From NCBI GenBank assembly GCA_045616885.1, contig JAZLHS010000011.1:1-58922 (forward strand): a DNA stretch of 58,922 nt, in the 5' to 3' direction. This DNA is from Selenomonadaceae bacterium (GTDB taxonomy: Bacteria > Bacillota > Negativicutes > Selenomonadales > Selenomonadaceae). The notes below the pieces were generated by a model. That model saw only the letters and a list, made by a program, of their open reading frames with translations. It was not told where the DNA came from and made no database searches. The position numbers were made by a program, and so were the translations under genes. Of the stretch, positions 17,504-27,083 are shown piece by piece (the stretch's first letter is position 1; each line of letters opens with the position of its first letter).

Positions 17504-20500
17504 TCAGAATTTCAGGCGCAGCTCCAGACCGACGCGGGTATCCCGCTTGTGGAAATCCTGCTCCAAAGCCATGCTCAGCCGGTCATCAAAGTCATACCTT
17601 ACACCGACACGGCTTATCTTATTTCCCACTCCGGCTGTATACCGCAGCATTACCTTGTCGCTGATATATTTTCCAATCTGGACATTGTACTCGCTTTCGC
17701 CTTTTCCTCTGTCGTTGTTTCCCCAGTCAAGACCCATTGTATAGTCTCGGCTGGAAATTGTAAACTCATCCAGGAACAGCATATTTCTAATACTGTTCTC
17801 CAGCTGACCAAGGAAGCTCATATGGAGACCCATGTCAAGAATTGAATAAGCCAATTCTCGGCTGTCCCCTTTCTCGCCCTTCTCCTGTCGGAAGGTCAGC
17901 AGCTGCATTATCTCCGTCTGACTCATCTCCGGGTTTGAATTAAGCCGGAAATCCATCGACCCCGGAGAACCCTTAGCCGACAGGAACACTTTCGTCCGGC
18001 CGATGCGGGTATAAGCCAGGAAATCAACGAAGGGAGCATACAGACCCTGCTGGTTGAGGCGAACCTCGCCCTCATAAACGGTAAAGCGATTATGCAGATA
18101 GTAGAAGCTGCCCTTCTTAATAGCAATCTTTCCGTGGTTTACCGGATAGAGCGTCGTTCCGCCGAAGTGGACATCGCCCTCCAGATACATATCATAAAGC
18201 TTTGCGCTGTAGAGATGTACTTTCCGTCCGACCTTCACATCCACATCCATTATCAGCTCCGGCAGTACCGTCTCCTCATCGGAAAGAGGCGGTATGTCCA
18301 GCTGCACATCATGGAAGTCCAGCCAGCCGCTGACCAGCGGCATTTCCCGACCCATGAACATATCCGGCTGAATTGTGACAGATGCACTGAAGGGGCCATT
18401 GTAAAAGGGACACTCTACTTCCAGTGCATTGGCATTAAAGGTAATGTCATAGTCCACCGGACGCAGACCGGATACTGCAGCCGAGCCTGCTACACTTAAA
18501 GTGCCCTTGCCCAGCCGAGCGCTCATCTCCTGTATCTTGACGCTGTTGCCGTTGAAAATCACATCGCTGTTGATATGCGTAAAGGGGATATACAGCAGCT
18601 TAGGCTTCAGCGCACCATCCTTCACCGATGCCCGTCCATAGATGAGCGGAGCTTCCATAGTTCCAGTGATATGGAGTGTACCCTCGGTGGGGCCCATCGC
18701 CCAGTCTATCTCCCGGGAGACAATCGGCAGTAGCGACAGGTCGGCACCATTCAGAACCAGCCGCAAATCAAGCTGACGATTTTCTCCGGCCTTTCTCGGC
18801 GTGAAGCCCAGTGCCTCCAGCGGAACCGTTCCTTCGGCCAGAAGGCGGTACGTATTCCCCTGTTCCTTCTTTTCTGCCACCGCCTGCACAAGATTAATCG
18901 TACCATCGGCGTAGAAGGCCTCTGCATACATTCTGTCAAAGTAGGCTGCACCGAGACCGCCGCCAATAATCTGTACGGTCATATCCGCGCGAGGAGCTGT
19001 TAGAGTTCCGCCAATGCTGGCCGTAATGTCTATCGCTCCCTTCATCAGCGTGTCGGAGTCAGCCAGCTTCGGAATAATCCCGGCATCAATTCCCTGAGCC
19101 GCCAGCCTGATATTAATCGGGCCTTCCAAATCTACCGTACCCGAACCCGAAAATGTTCCGCCGCTCTGAATCCCTTCAAAGCGCTTGAGGGTAATGAGCC
19201 GGTTCAGGAGATTGGCCTCCAGATACATATCGCTGAGGGGCTGACCCTTGATATCGCCCTTCATCAGAGTGCCCATGACAGAAACAGTAGGATTCGACAG
19301 ACTGCCGCTGGCGGTTATCTGACCATCAAGCCGACCATTTACCTTGTCATTCTTGGCGTTAGCCATTGACAGCAACCCGGCCAGATCGGCATTCTTCACA
19401 TCGAAGCGGCCATTAATCTGCTGACTGTTAGTATTCAGAGTAAAGTCTGCCTCATAGCTTCCTCCGTTCTGCTGGAAGCCGCAGGGACGCAGGGTAACTA
19501 TTCCGTCAGCAAAGTGCACATCACCATGGAGCTTTTCTACCACGGCACCGTTCAGCTCAAGCCTGTCGGCTGTCAGCTCACCGTCGAAGATTGGCTTATC
19601 AATGGTTCCGGTAACTCTTCCGGCAAATTTTCCGTGTCCGCTGACCGGATAAGGCAGCCGGTTGTTGAAACGAGCCATATTCACATCGTAAACGGCCGCT
19701 GTCACATTCAATTCTTTTCGCAGGTTGACGGTACCGTTCAGGTCCATGTCCACCATTGGTGAGAAGATATGGAAATCCGTCAGCGTACAAGTATCGCCGC
19801 TGAAAGTGTAGTCACCGTCCATACCGTTCAGGAGATACCCATCGTAGGAGCCGCGATAGAAATGGAGGTAGCCTGTAACGAAAGGCTTGTCCAGCGTGCC
19901 GGTAATGGTAATGACATTATCAAACTCACCGGTAACAGGGACAGGCTCCGCCGGTGAAAGAACCGGGATAAGGTTCTCGATACGTTCATTCATGGTATCG
20001 ATGCGGAGATCAAACTTCTTCTCGCCGGTCAGTCCCATCGTTCCCTGCGCTATCCAGCGCTCCTTGCCCTCACGCTGCAGTGAGAAGCGATCCAGCCGCA
20101 GACCGGACAAGCGACCGGAAAGCAGACCGGAGAAGCTGTCAAAAGGAATGCCCAGCAGCTTGCCCCTGACGCCGGAAATATCGGCTCTGACCTCCGGGTC
20201 TTCCTCCGGCCCTCTGACGGTCGCGGTAATATCCGTGTAGCCGCCCATGAAGAGGTTTTCCCGGAAGCTGTTGATGAGTCCCAAATCAAAATGAGTAGCC
20301 ATCAGAGTCAGGTCATAGCGGCGACCTTCACTGCCGGTGAATACACTGCCTTCTACACCAAGCTCGCCGCGGCCATTATCTTTGCCTAGCAGTAGGCTTA
20401 GGTAGTCAAGGCGAAGCTCGGAAGGCTTCCGGAAGAAGGATACCGACAGACGTTCTCCCGTCAGCCCATCATAGGAAGGTGAGAAAACATCCGTGCTGCC

Positions 20501-21712
20501 GTAAACGGTCAGCCGGTCTGCCGCACCACTGTCAAACCCGCGTCCATCAAAACCGATATCACAGGTTAGCTTACCGCCAAGACCCAGTTCACCTGCCCGC
20601 TCTCTCAAAAGAGGCATAGCAAACAGACCGGACAAATCTATTCCATCGGTGACAAGCCGTCCTATATAGCTCTCAGTATCAAGACCGAGCTCGCCGGTCA
20701 GCTTCAATTTGCCGCCAAGCAGCTCGGCTTCCAGCTTGGGGACAGTAATCATTCCGTCCCAAAGGATAATATCACTGGTGAGTTTCAGGGACTCATCGTC
20801 GACCTTTCCGCTAAGGTTCAGCCGCAGCTTGTCCCGGTGACCGACGTACTCCACCATGCCGTTTATCCCAGCGGCCTTCGCTCCGTAAGCCGTGAAGTCG
20901 GCTCCACTCACCTGAGCCTTGACATCGAATAGCGGCTCATCATCGGTCAGCTCAGCTGATACCTCCGCTTTATCCAGAAAGCCTTTCTCAATGACCACCT
21001 CGGCCGGTAGCTTGTCCGCCGGCAGCAAGTCAAGGAATGCTTTTGCATCAGCGTTTTCCGCAACCGCATTAATGCGTCCCTTAACAGTCTTAGTATCAAT
21101 CTCACCGCTCACCGTCAGGGCTGCGCCCCGTACCTTGGCGGTGATATCCGGCTTCAGCTTCGGATTGCCTCCTAAGTCCAGTCGGCCGTTTATCTCTTCC
21201 ACCAAGACCTGTCTTCCATCATTGAGGGACAGCGCCGTTTCACCTTTCGTGAAGCGGACAGTACCGGCAAACTTGTTCTCCGATTTTTCCTCGCTTATCA
21301 AGTCTTCGTAGTTCCACCGGCCATCTTTTCGCTGGATAATGTCGGCTCGCAGGCGGCTAATCTCCACCTCGCTGACACCGGCAACCGGTTCCCTGAGTAA
21401 AGCAAAGAGGCTGAAGCGCACATCTGCGGCTTCGGCCTCTGCAATTTTCCTGTCATTCTTGTCGAATATGACAATGTCTCTGATGGTAACGCTTCGGAGG
21501 GAAGATACTTCTACCCGTCCGATGGTCACATTTGTCTTTAAGGCAGAGGTCGCCTCTCTGCCAATATAGTCAGCCATCCCTACGATGAAGGACTCGCTTA
21601 GAATGATGTACCAGACGACTGCGCAGGAAAACAGGACCCCTCCGATTCCCAGAGCGGCTATTCTCTTCGGATCACCAAAGATTTTTGCCATGTATTCCTT
21701 GAGCTTCGTCAT
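17504..21712 (-). CDS. tamB: TamB-like translocation and assembly module protein (DUF490 C-terminus)
   Basis: 1402 aa. One N-terminal TM (AALGIGGVLFSCAVVWYIILS), a very long beta-rich repetitive body, and a C-terminal end ...RVGLELRLKF. Confidence 0.8.
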   Translation of the reverse strand: MTKLKEYMAKIFGDPKRIAALGIGGVLFSCAVVWYIILSESFIVGMADYIGREATSALKTNVTIGRVEVSSLRSVTIRDIVIFDKNDRKIAEAEAADVRFSLFALLREPVAGVSEVEISRLRADIIQRKDGRWNYEDLISEEKSENKFAGTVRFTKGETALSLNDGRQVLVEEINGRLDLGGNPKLKPDITAKVRGAALTVSGEIDTKTVKGRINAVAENADAKAFLDLLPADKLPAEVVIEKGFLDKAEVSAELTDDEPLFDVKAQVSGADFTAYGAKAAGINGMVEYVGHRDKLRLNLSGKVDDESLKLTSDIILWDGMITVPKLEAELLGGKLKLTGELGLDTESYIGRLVTDGIDLSGLFAMPLLRERAGELGLGGKLTCDIGFDGRGFDSGAADRLTVYGSTDVFSPSYDGLTGERLSVSFFRKPSELRLDYLSLLLGKDNGRGELGVEGSVFTGSEGRRYDLTLMATHFDLGLINSFRENLFMGGYTDITATVRGPEEDPEVRADISGVRGKLLGIPFDSFSGLLSGRLSGLRLDRFSLQREGKERWIAQGTMGLTGEKKFDLRIDTMNERIENLIPVLSPAEPVPVTGEFDNVITITGTLDKPFVTGYLHFYRGSYDGYLLNGMDGDYTFSGDTCTLTDFHIFSPMVDMDLNGTVNLRKELNVTAAVYDVNMARFNNRLPYPVSGHGKFAGRVTGTIDKPIFDGELTADRLELNGAVVEKLHGDVHFADGIVTLRPCGFQQNGGSYEADFTLNTNSQQINGRFDVKNADLAGLLSMANAKNDKVNGRLDGQITASGSLSNPTVSVMGTLMKGDIKGQPLSDMYLEANLLNRLITLKRFEGIQSGGTFSGSGTVDLEGPINIRLAAQGIDAGIIPKLADSDTLMKGAIDITASIGGTLTAPRADMTVQIIGGGLGAAYFDRMYAEAFYADGTINLVQAVAEKKEQGNTYRLLAEGTVPLEALGFTPRKAGENRQLDLRLVLNGADLSLLPIVSREIDWAMGPTEGTLHITGTMEAPLIYGRASVKDGALKPKLLYIPFTHINSDVIFNGNSVKIQEMSARLGKGTLSVAGSAAVSGLRPVDYDITFNANALEVECPFYNGPFSASVTIQPDMFMGREMPLVSGWLDFHDVQLDIPPLSDEETVLPELIMDVDVKVGRKVHLYSAKLYDMYLEGDVHFGGTTLYPVNHGKIAIKKGSFYYLHNRFTVYEGEVRLNQQGLYAPFVDFLAYTRIGRTKVFLSAKGSPGSMDFRLNSNPEMSQTEIMQLLTFRQEKGEKGDSRELAYSILDMGLHMSFLGQLENSIRNMLFLDEFTISSRDYTMGLDWGNNDRGKGESEYNVQIGKYISDKVMLRYTAGVGNKISRVGVRYDFDDRLSMALEQDFHKRDTRVGLELRLKF

Positions 21713-21743
21713 TCACAACACTTCTTCATTCGCGAACATATTA

Positions 21744-23324
21744 TTAGCCGCGAGGATTTTCATTGGGCGCCGGCTCAGGCCAGCCAATGCTGCGGCCGGA
21801 TACAGGCATTGCTGCCTGCACCTCACCGGTGGGTTTGGCTCCATCCGGCACTTCACCTACTGCACTCTCGTAGCCTTCCTGTTTTTTGGCTTTATTATAC
21901 TTTGTATTCTTCAAGGGCACCGAATGCTTATCCATAATATAGGCATTGATATCCAAATCAACAGCGATACCCATAGCGCGGTCAAGTTCGGCCTTGCCGA
22001 TGTTATAGCTGTAGAGAGCTACCGCGTAGTTTGTACGAGCCTGATTCAGATGATCCTCAGCATCCATTACATCAATGTGCGTACCGATTCCGTTTGCGTA
22101 GCGAAGGCTGGCAATCTTGTAGTCTTCCTTGGCCTGCTCCACTGCTTTACCGGCTGTGACTATGTTCTTCTCGACGGCCAGCATATCCAGGAAGGCTTCA
22201 CGAACCTCAAGCCTTATGCTCTCTTCCTGCTGCTCGGCCTCTTCCAGTGCCTGCTGATACTGAGCCTTTGACTGATGAACCCGCGCGCGGTTTATTCCGT
22301 TGTCAAAGACATCCCAGCTGACGGCCACTCCGGCAAACCAGTTGTCTCCGCTGTCATGATTGTGACGATTGATTTTTTCGCCTGCTGTAGAGCGAGTGGC
22401 CACAGCGGCAATTTCCGGCAGCGCCTCCGCCTTGGTCGCAGACAGGGCATATCTGGCAGCCTTGGCCTTGCGCTGAGCAGCAATTCCGTCTGGACGATGG
22501 GTCAGTGCATACTCCAGGCACTTGTCAAGCTGAAGGTCGTAGCCTTTATATGTCATCTCATCGGTGGGACGGGTATCATTCTCCGTCGGGAGACCGATAA
22601 TATTGTTCAGCTGTGACACGGCTACATAATAATTATTCAGTGCAGTGGTGAATGCCTGCTCTGCGCTGGCCAGCTGAACCTGACTGCGCAGGACATCATT
22701 CTTTGCTACCGTGCCGACGGCGTAAGCAGCATCTACATTCTTCTGATGCTCACGAAGAGTCTCCACAGAATCAGAGTTTACCTTCACCAGATTGAAACAA
22801 TGGAGCACGCCGTAATAAGCAGCCGTGGTCACCTGACGAATGGTCTGCTTCGTAGCCTCCAGCGTCAGATTTGCTGCGTCGTATCTGTAATCTGCTGCCT
22901 TTATGGATTTCTCCAGATTGCCGCCGGTGAAAAGGGGGAATGTAGCGGTAGCGGTGCCGCTGTAGTCATGCTTATAATTCAATCCGCTGAGCGTGCGGGG
23001 TGTTTTATAGGCTCGGCCATCAATGCGGCCGGCCTTTCCCTCAACACTGACAGTGATACCATGCGTGCGGCGCAGCTCTGCCCGCTGCCACTTAGCCAAA
23101 TCCTTGGCGTACTCTGCCAGATGGATGTTGTGGTTGTTCTTCGCCGCCATGGCCAATGCTTCTTCCAAAGTAAGATATACCGTGCTGGCGGATTCTGCTT
23201 CAGCAGCCTTTATCTCCGAGGCAGCTTTCGTCTCAGCGAAAGAAGTCGGGGTAAAACCCATCACTCCGGCAGAAAAAGCCAATGCCAGTGCCAGCTGCTT
23301 GCTGAGCAATTTATAACTCTTCAC
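21744..23324 (-). CDS. tolC: TolC-family outer membrane channel protein
   Basis: 526 aa. Signal peptide ending SFA-ET. Two OEP-type repeats with long helical segments. An extra Lys/Pro-rich C-terminal tail of about 70 aa. Confidence 0.75.
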   Translation of the reverse strand: MKSYKLLSKQLALALAFSAGVMGFTPTSFAETKAASEIKAAEAESASTVYLTLEEALAMAAKNNHNIHLAEYAKDLAKWQRAELRRTHGITVSVEGKAGRIDGRAYKTPRTLSGLNYKHDYSGTATATFPLFTGGNLEKSIKAADYRYDAANLTLEATKQTIRQVTTAAYYGVLHCFNLVKVNSDSVETLREHQKNVDAAYAVGTVAKNDVLRSQVQLASAEQAFTTALNNYYVAVSQLNNIIGLPTENDTRPTDEMTYKGYDLQLDKCLEYALTHRPDGIAAQRKAKAARYALSATKAEALPEIAAVATRSTAGEKINRHNHDSGDNWFAGVAVSWDVFDNGINRARVHQSKAQYQQALEEAEQQEESIRLEVREAFLDMLAVEKNIVTAGKAVEQAKEDYKIASLRYANGIGTHIDVMDAEDHLNQARTNYAVALYSYNIGKAELDRAMGIAVDLDINAYIMDKHSVPLKNTKYNKAKKQEGYESAVGEVPDGAKPTGEVQAAMPVSGRSIGWPEPAPNENPRG

Positions 23325-23374
23325 GATGTAGCCTCCTAATATTTACAGACAAATGCTGTCTATACACGCTTTGC

Positions 23375-24637
23375 TTAGAATTCCTGACGAAGACCGAAGT
23401 AGGAAGTACGATCATGCTTGTGGTTCGTCACATCATCTACGTTCGCATAGATATAAGTCTTTTTCGCCACTCGATACCTCGCTCCGAGACGCAGGCGGAG
23501 GTCATTGACATCGTAGGCATCGGCAGAAAATCTCAAATTCTTATTGGCATCATAGTCGAGCCCCACTCCGAAGTGGTCACGAATCAATCCGCCGCGGGCC
23601 GTTAAGCTGCCGAAGTGCTTGCCGAACTGGGCGGAGAATTTATCTTCGTTGCCGATTCCTTCATCTCTGAACTGCACGAAGCTCTTCTTGCCGCCGAAGG
23701 TAATATCGATATTACCCTGAGCTCGCTTGTGGTTATTATGGCGAGGTGCAGCGATTCCCGCTTCGATACCGACGGTCCCCATAGCCGAAATGTCGCCGCC
23801 CATAATCCGGTTCATTTTCGCGCTTGCCTCTTTGGCATTCCGCACCGTCTCCTTCAGGTTCTGCTGAGTCTCCGGATCGGTCACTGTGCTCTCCATAGCC
23901 GCCGCCATATTGTCGATACGCTTTGCCGCCATGGCGATACTGGCTACGGTAGCCCGCAGGTTTTCCGGTGTTTTACCGCCGTCTCGCGTCTCGGCTACCA
24001 TCTTCGCCACTTCATCGGAAGCATCGGCCAGACGGGCAGAAATCATTTCCATGTTCCGCGACAGCTTCACGAGGTTTTTCTCGCTGCCCTCAGCTGTTCT
24101 AGCGAGAGAAGCAGTGACCCGCTGAATATTGATAGCTGTATCGATGAGTCCCCGTTTCAGCTCGGCGTTTCCGGTTATTTCATTGATGGATGACAGAATG
24201 TCGTGCATCTGCTCGATGAGGACGCCCATATTGGCCATCATTCCGTCCATGGTGGCTTCTTCGCCGCCGTCTATCTCGGTACCGTCTGCGTAATTTTTAG
24301 TGCTGATACCGGGCGCAATATTGACGAACTTTTCCCCCATCAGGCCATCAGCCGCGATGGTAAAGCTCGAATCCTCCGGTACAGGTATATCCTTCTTCAC
24401 GGTGCAGACTACATCCACCTTATAGCCGTTGGGGGTTATACTCTTGACACTGCCTACTACCACGCCGGCGTATCGGACAGTTGACGCTACCTTTAGTCCA
24501 TTAACATTGGCGAAATTCACGGTAAAGGTATTTACTGCCGGCCCGCCGAAGGAAAATCCCGACAGGTGAATGAGGGCTGCCGCAAGAACCGCCAGACCCA
24601 GTAGGGTGAATCCACCCACTTTTGCTTCTGTACTCAT
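23375..24637 (-). CDS. mlaD: MlaD-like MCE-domain protein with a long helical region and a beta-rich C-terminal extension
   Basis: N-terminal TM plus MCE domain (FTVNFANVNGLKVASTVRYAGVVVGSVKSI). The C-terminus ends YFGLRQEF. The ORF opens at 24658. The ATG at 24637 lies 6 nt after the GAGGG that follows the mlaF stop. Confidence 0.75.
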   Translation of the reverse strand: MSTEAKVGGFTLLGLAVLAAALIHLSGFSFGGPAVNTFTVNFANVNGLKVASTVRYAGVVVGSVKSITPNGYKVDVVCTVKKDIPVPEDSSFTIAADGLMGEKFVNIAPGISTKNYADGTEIDGGEEATMDGMMANMGVLIEQMHDILSSINEITGNAELKRGLIDTAINIQRVTASLARTAEGSEKNLVKLSRNMEMISARLADASDEVAKMVAETRDGGKTPENLRATVASIAMAAKRIDNMAAAMESTVTDPETQQNLKETVRNAKEASAKMNRIMGGDISAMGTVGIEAGIAAPRHNNHKRAQGNIDITFGGKKSFVQFRDEGIGNEDKFSAQFGKHFGSLTARGGLIRDHFGVGLDYDANKNLRFSADAYDVNDLRLRLGARYRVAKKTYIYANVDDVTNHKHDRTSYFGLRQEF

Positions 24638-24650
24638 CTTCATCCCTCTT

Positions 24651-25382
24651 TCAGGCAATATGGGCAGCTGTCAGGAATTCCCGGACTCGTTCGTCCTTCA
24701 GCTGCTTAAACTTCTCTACCGGCTCACAGGCCACGACCTCACCTGACACAACCATGGCGATTCGGTCAGCGATTCGGCAGGCGCTGTGCATATCGTGGGT
24801 GACGACAACGCTGGTTACATTCAGCGCTTTCTGAGTATTCATGATGAGCTCGTCTATCTTCATCGTCATTATGGGGTCAAGACCGCTGCTGGGCTCATCA
24901 TAAAATATTGTCTCCGGCCCGAAGGCAATGGCGCGAGCAAGGCTCACCCGCTTCTTCATGCCGCCGGAAAGTGATGTCGGCATCATGCTCTCTGCTCCGG
25001 GCAGTCCCACCAGCTCCAGCTTTTCTGCCACAACTTTTTTTATTTCATCCTCGCTTAGCGAGGTATGCTCCCGGAGACCAAAGGCAACATTATCTCCCAC
25101 GGTCATTGAGTCAAACAGTGCCGAATACTGGAACACCATGCCCATGTGAAGACGAACCTCATCCAGTTCTTCCTCATCCATACCGGATATATTCTTATCC
25201 CCTATCCATATTTCGCCGGAGGTGGGCTGAATAAGTCCGATCATGAGCTTCAGAAGCGTAGATTTGCCGGAGCCGGAGCCGCCGATAATCGCCAGCGTCT
25301 CACCGTCTTCTACGGTAAGGTTTACTCCGCGGATTACTTCTTTTGACCCGAAGGATTTTCGAACATCTACCAATCGTATCAT
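24651..25382 (-). CDS. mlaF: ABC transporter ATP-binding protein, MlaF-like
   Basis: 243 aa. Walker A GGSGSGKST, signature LSGGMKKR, Walker B IFYDEPSSGLD. Confidence 0.9.
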   Translation of the reverse strand: MIRLVDVRKSFGSKEVIRGVNLTVEDGETLAIIGGSGSGKSTLLKLMIGLIQPTSGEIWIGDKNISGMDEEELDEVRLHMGMVFQYSALFDSMTVGDNVAFGLREHTSLSEDEIKKVVAEKLELVGLPGAESMMPTSLSGGMKKRVSLARAIAFGPETIFYDEPSSGLDPIMTMKIDELIMNTQKALNVTSVVVTHDMHSACRIADRIAMVVSGEVVACEPVEKFKQLKDERVREFLTAAHIA

Positions 25383-25392
25383 AGATACTACC

Positions 25393-26166
25393 TTACTTGC
25401 TGAAGAGTATCAGCGACAAGAAGCAGTTCAGCATAAATATCACGATAATGGAAGCCACTACGGAGCGAGTGGTAGCAATACCTACACCCTCTGCGCCATC
25501 AGGAGATTTCAGCCCCATGTGACAGCCGAGAATGGCAATTACCATACCGAAGACACTTGCTTTTATCATACCGCCCACAATATCGTGGGCTTTTGTAAAC
25601 ACATCAATGGAGTTCGTATAAGTCAGGGTGGATATCCCGCTGTAGCCGGTAGCCACCGCCCAGCCGCCGAAAACTCCGATAGCGTCACCGAAAACGGTAA
25701 GGATTGGAACCATCATCATACAGGCCAGCATACGAGGGACGATGAGATAACCGATAGGACTGGTCGCCATAACCCGGAGAGCATCAATCTGCTCCGTGAC
25801 CTTCATCGTACTTATCTCCGCCGTGATAGCTGCGCCTACTCGGCCGGCAGCCACGACACCCACCAGTACCGGCCCCAGCTCACGGCAAATAGCGATTGCC
25901 ACCACGCCGCCAATGGTAGACTGGGCACCGAACCGGATGAATTCCGTAGATATCTGCAGAGTCATAACAGCGCCGGTAAAGAAGAGTGTCAGCGCCACGA
26001 TAGGCAGAGAATCAACGCCAAGATGCGCCATCTGCGATACCACATGACTGATTCTGGGGGGCTTTTTCAGCGCCCGAAAGGTATCAAAAACAAGGAGGAC
26101 AACCTCTCCGATGAGACCAAGCCAGCGAATTACCGCTGCACCGATTTTCTCTAAAAACGATGTCAT
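25393..26166 (-). CDS. mlaE: ABC transporter permease, MlaE-like
   Basis: 257 aa polytopic permease of MlaE/Ttg2B type, immediately upstream of mlaF and mlaD. Confidence 0.8.
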   Translation of the reverse strand: MTSFLEKIGAAVIRWLGLIGEVVLLVFDTFRALKKPPRISHVVSQMAHLGVDSLPIVALTLFFTGAVMTLQISTEFIRFGAQSTIGGVVAIAICRELGPVLVGVVAAGRVGAAITAEISTMKVTEQIDALRVMATSPIGYLIVPRMLACMMMVPILTVFGDAIGVFGGWAVATGYSGISTLTYTNSIDVFTKAHDIVGGMIKASVFGMVIAILGCHMGLKSPDGAEGVGIATTRSVVASIIVIFMLNCFLSLILFSK

Positions 26167-26212
26167 CGTCGATTACTCCTCCTTTCCATAAATTTGTACA
26201 ATTATTTTCTGC

Positions 26213-26860
26213 TCAGTGACCGCAGAAATTCTTATCATACCAGGCCGATAAACAGCAGAGGCAGAAATAAACATCCAATTCCGCCAGTTCTTCCATCGCC
26301 TGTCCTACAGTATGACCTATTCCGAAATATCCCTTCTCCCCCACTCTCGCCACTACCGTACTGAGAATAATCACCAAGAGGAAAATCCAGGGGATATCAT
26401 AATTAAAACTAAAAATCTTGCTCCACGGTACCCATCGCAGCATCATAATGGCCAGCAGAAGGAACAGGACTCCCAACACACCATGAAGAATCATATGCTG
26501 CTGTGGCGTGAAATCAATAAACAGCGGCCCATCCGGGGTCATCCCTGTAACGAAAAATACCCTTCCCCAGCTCAGCTCACGAGCTGTCAGCACGGCAAAG
26601 AACAGCGCCTGCCAAAGGTGCATTTTTTCTCTTTTATACCAAAGAGATTTTTTGCGAAAATATAAAAAACCATTTAGCAGACATCCTGCAAGCAGAATGA
26701 CATTCTGCAGGTTCTCCACCGGTCCATTTTCCCAGGTCATCTCATAGGGAAGATAGAGCGCTATTGGATATACCAAACAAAGATATACAACAGCTATCCA
26801 TTTACACAGGCCAAAAGGAAATGGATGCGATGCTGTAAACCGATTACTCAAAAAAGTCAC
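26213..26860 (-). CDS. hypothetical polytopic membrane protein
   Basis: 215 aa, about 6 hydrophobic segments, no motif I recognise. The ORF opens with GTG at 26860 without a good SD, so the start is uncertain. Confidence 0.45.
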   Translation of the reverse strand: MTFLSNRFTASHPFPFGLCKWIAVVYLCLVYPIALYLPYEMTWENGPVENLQNVILLAGCLLNGFLYFRKKSLWYKREKMHLWQALFFAVLTARELSWGRVFFVTGMTPDGPLFIDFTPQQHMILHGVLGVLFLLLAIMMLRWVPWSKIFSFNYDIPWIFLLVIILSTVVARVGEKGYFGIGHTVGQAMEELAELDVYFCLCCLSAWYDKNFCGH

Positions 26861-27032
26861 CGCTTTCAGGAGAATATGTTCTTGGATAAACTCTTACCCA
26901 CATTATCATCTTATTTTATCAACATTGGTCCGAATAGTAAATAGCTGTTTACTATATAAATGTAAAATTTTAGTAACCGTCTCTTACATCTTATCCGCTT
27001 TACAGCAGCAATAGCATCGTTATCGGTTTTCG

Positions 27033-27066
27033 CAAAAAGTCCCGCCTGTATTAACAGACGGGACTT
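27033..27066 (-). terminator. intrinsic terminator after dctM
   Basis: The minus strand reads GTCCCGTCTGT-TAAT-ACAGGCGGGAC (one mismatch), then TTTTTGCG. Confidence 0.65.
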
Positions 27067-27083
27067 TGAGGTTTGATTATGTT

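Noticed and set aside
26861-27032. Attempted promoter call for the membrane-protein/mla block (for example TTTACA-17-TATTTA on the minus strand).
   Set aside because: Several weak candidates exist and none is close to consensus. I could not choose among them by eye, so none is reported as a feature.
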